From positions 372,001 through 417,826 of the forward strand of contig ML978140.1 in the NCBI GenBank assembly GCA_010015805.1: DNA of 45,826 bases, read 5' to 3'. The notes beneath the pieces were generated by a model that saw only the letters and a list, made by a program, of their open reading frames with translations, did not search any database and had not been told where the DNA came from. Made by a program: the position numbers and the translations under genes. The DNA is from Rhizodiscina lignyota. Taxonomy: Eukaryota. Positions 44,673 through 45,826 of this stretch are shown here, piece after piece. Each line of letters begins with the position of its first letter. Within the stretch, counting starts at the first letter, position 1.

Positions 44673-45255
44673 GAGTGAGACATGCGAGCGGCATCACATA
44701 GAGCCACGAGGCCACTTTTGGGAGATGGACGGCTGGATCACCGAAATGACTGGAAAATGGCGCGATTAAATATGAAACTGAGTCGTCTAAGGGTCCTTCT
44801 GCATGGGAAGCGAGTGCAATGAGGAGATGGCCACCAGTCGTTGAAGTGCGAGTTGATCCGCAGAGACATTTGAGGCTAGCGATCGACCGTGTATTGTCAA
44901 TCTCATTTCACCAGAGGCTCCACTAGAGCTCAATTAGGTAGGCTGAGTGCCTGAGATTGGGTATTGTCTAGAAACCAACAAGCACAGTGTTGAGCCGCAT
45001 TGCGACAGAATTGGATTCAGTCATCATAGGTACCTGGAAGGAAGGCGATGAAGTCCAGATTGTAGACATTCTTCTAAATAGTATCTCGATGGGATTTACA
45101 TCATGGAGCAGAGCACAGCTTCTCCGATATTGACTATTCCCGGTGAATGTAACAATTATTGAAATTCATGTGTTCGTGCTCGAACGGTCTAAGTCCAAGA
45201 GTAATTATTGAAATAAGTTTTCATATTATATATTGTACGTGTTTGCCAAGACTCT

Positions 45256-45524
45256 CGCTGTAATGGCGGATTGGAGACGGTTCCTTAAATTAATGTCGAA
45301 ACCCCTGTTCTCTTCGGAGAAAGTGATTCTGCGCCCGTTCGAGCTGTGAGTTGGCCGCTTCCACTCAGCCAGGCAACTGCTGATGCTGGACGGCCCTGAG
45401 AAGGGAGAGTAACGGCTAGGATGGCAACATCGCACCCTCTCTCCCACTCGCAGCGGCTGCAGCGGATTACGCAGTGTCTCTTGGGGTATGTAGGTGTTGA
45501 TGTGAACATGTCAACATTCTTTTT
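45256..45524 (+). ncRNA. SCR1: Fungal signal recognition particle (SRP) RNA, ~270 nt, Pol III
   Basis: 5' CGCTGTAATGGCG is the minimal fungal Alu hairpin with UGUNR. Helix 6 is GGCCG...CAG-GCAA-CTG...CGGCC (45353-45395). Helix 8 is GGGAGAG...AGG-ATG-GCAA-CAT-CGCA...CTCTCCC (45403-45445) with the SRP54 symmetric loop. Long 5'/3' complementarity (helix 5), TATATAT at about -29, B-box-like GTTCGAGCT at 45337, and oligo-T at the 3' end. Confidence 0.9.
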
Positions 45525-45532
45525 ATTTTTTT
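45520..45532 (+). terminator. Pol III oligo(T) terminator of the SRP RNA
   Basis: T5-A-T7 immediately after the 3' strand of helix 5. Confidence 0.75.
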
Positions 45533-45826
45533 GCCCAAATTTTTTTCCTACTTCTAATTTTTTTTCCCTTTCCATCCTTCACTCTGCTTTATGTTTTAAT
45601 AGCCCCTCATCACTGTATGCTTAGTCTAAGGTTGAAGTGCGATCTCTTCTCAATACAGTACACGACGAGTACTCGCAGGTTCTGTCTGCTTTATTGCTTC
45701 TTCATGAACCCCCGACGTTGAGAAAACACTTCGACATTCGATTCAATTGTATTTTGACAAGAAGCTATGTTTACTTCGCCACTGTTCTCGACCTCAGTGC
45801 CAATAACGAGTTGTTGCACCCCCCCC

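Noticed and set aside
22225..45524. Apparent RNA-metabolism cluster (METTL4-like, WD40/Gemin5-like, Upf3, SRP RNA)
   Set aside because: Spread over 23 kb with unrelated genes in between. No shared pathway or regulatory element is visible, so it is most likely coincidence.
45226..45624. Short ORFs at the window end
   Set aside because: They overlap the SRP RNA and its T-rich terminator region and are non-coding.
1..45826. tRNA/rRNA genes, CRISPR arrays, intact transposons, secondary-metabolite cluster
   Set aside because: No cloverleaf, rRNA segment, repeat-spacer array, transposase/RT motif or PKS/NRPS backbone seen by eye.

Overview
Eukaryotic, intron-containing genomic DNA from a filamentous ascomycete (Pezizomycotina-type GT..CTRAC..YAG introns, mostly 47-70 nt). 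I rebuilt 14 gene models by hand: B-type cyclin, mitochondrial uL2, Zn(II)2Cys6 transcription factor, GPI-anchored GH79, D-2-hydroxyacid dehydrogenase, I78-like small inhibitor, a 7-TM orphan membrane protein, a UBA/AT-hook-like protein, an MT-A70 (METTL4-like) methyltransferase, a small S/P-rich protein, a large WD40/helical protein, Upf3, Sit4/PP6, and a HeLo-like protein. A fungal SRP RNA gene, invisible to the ORF track, lies at about 45256-45524. The most unusual item is the 43040-44672 gene, where a HeLo-like N-terminal domain is fused to a Bni4/Phactr-type PP1-binding C-terminal tail that appears only after splicing. Other leads are a RAD51AP1-like C-terminal motif on an MCB-flanked UBA protein and a NAGNAG-gated downstream ORF behind a 3'-UTR intron. 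All family assignments come from motif recognition, not database searches.
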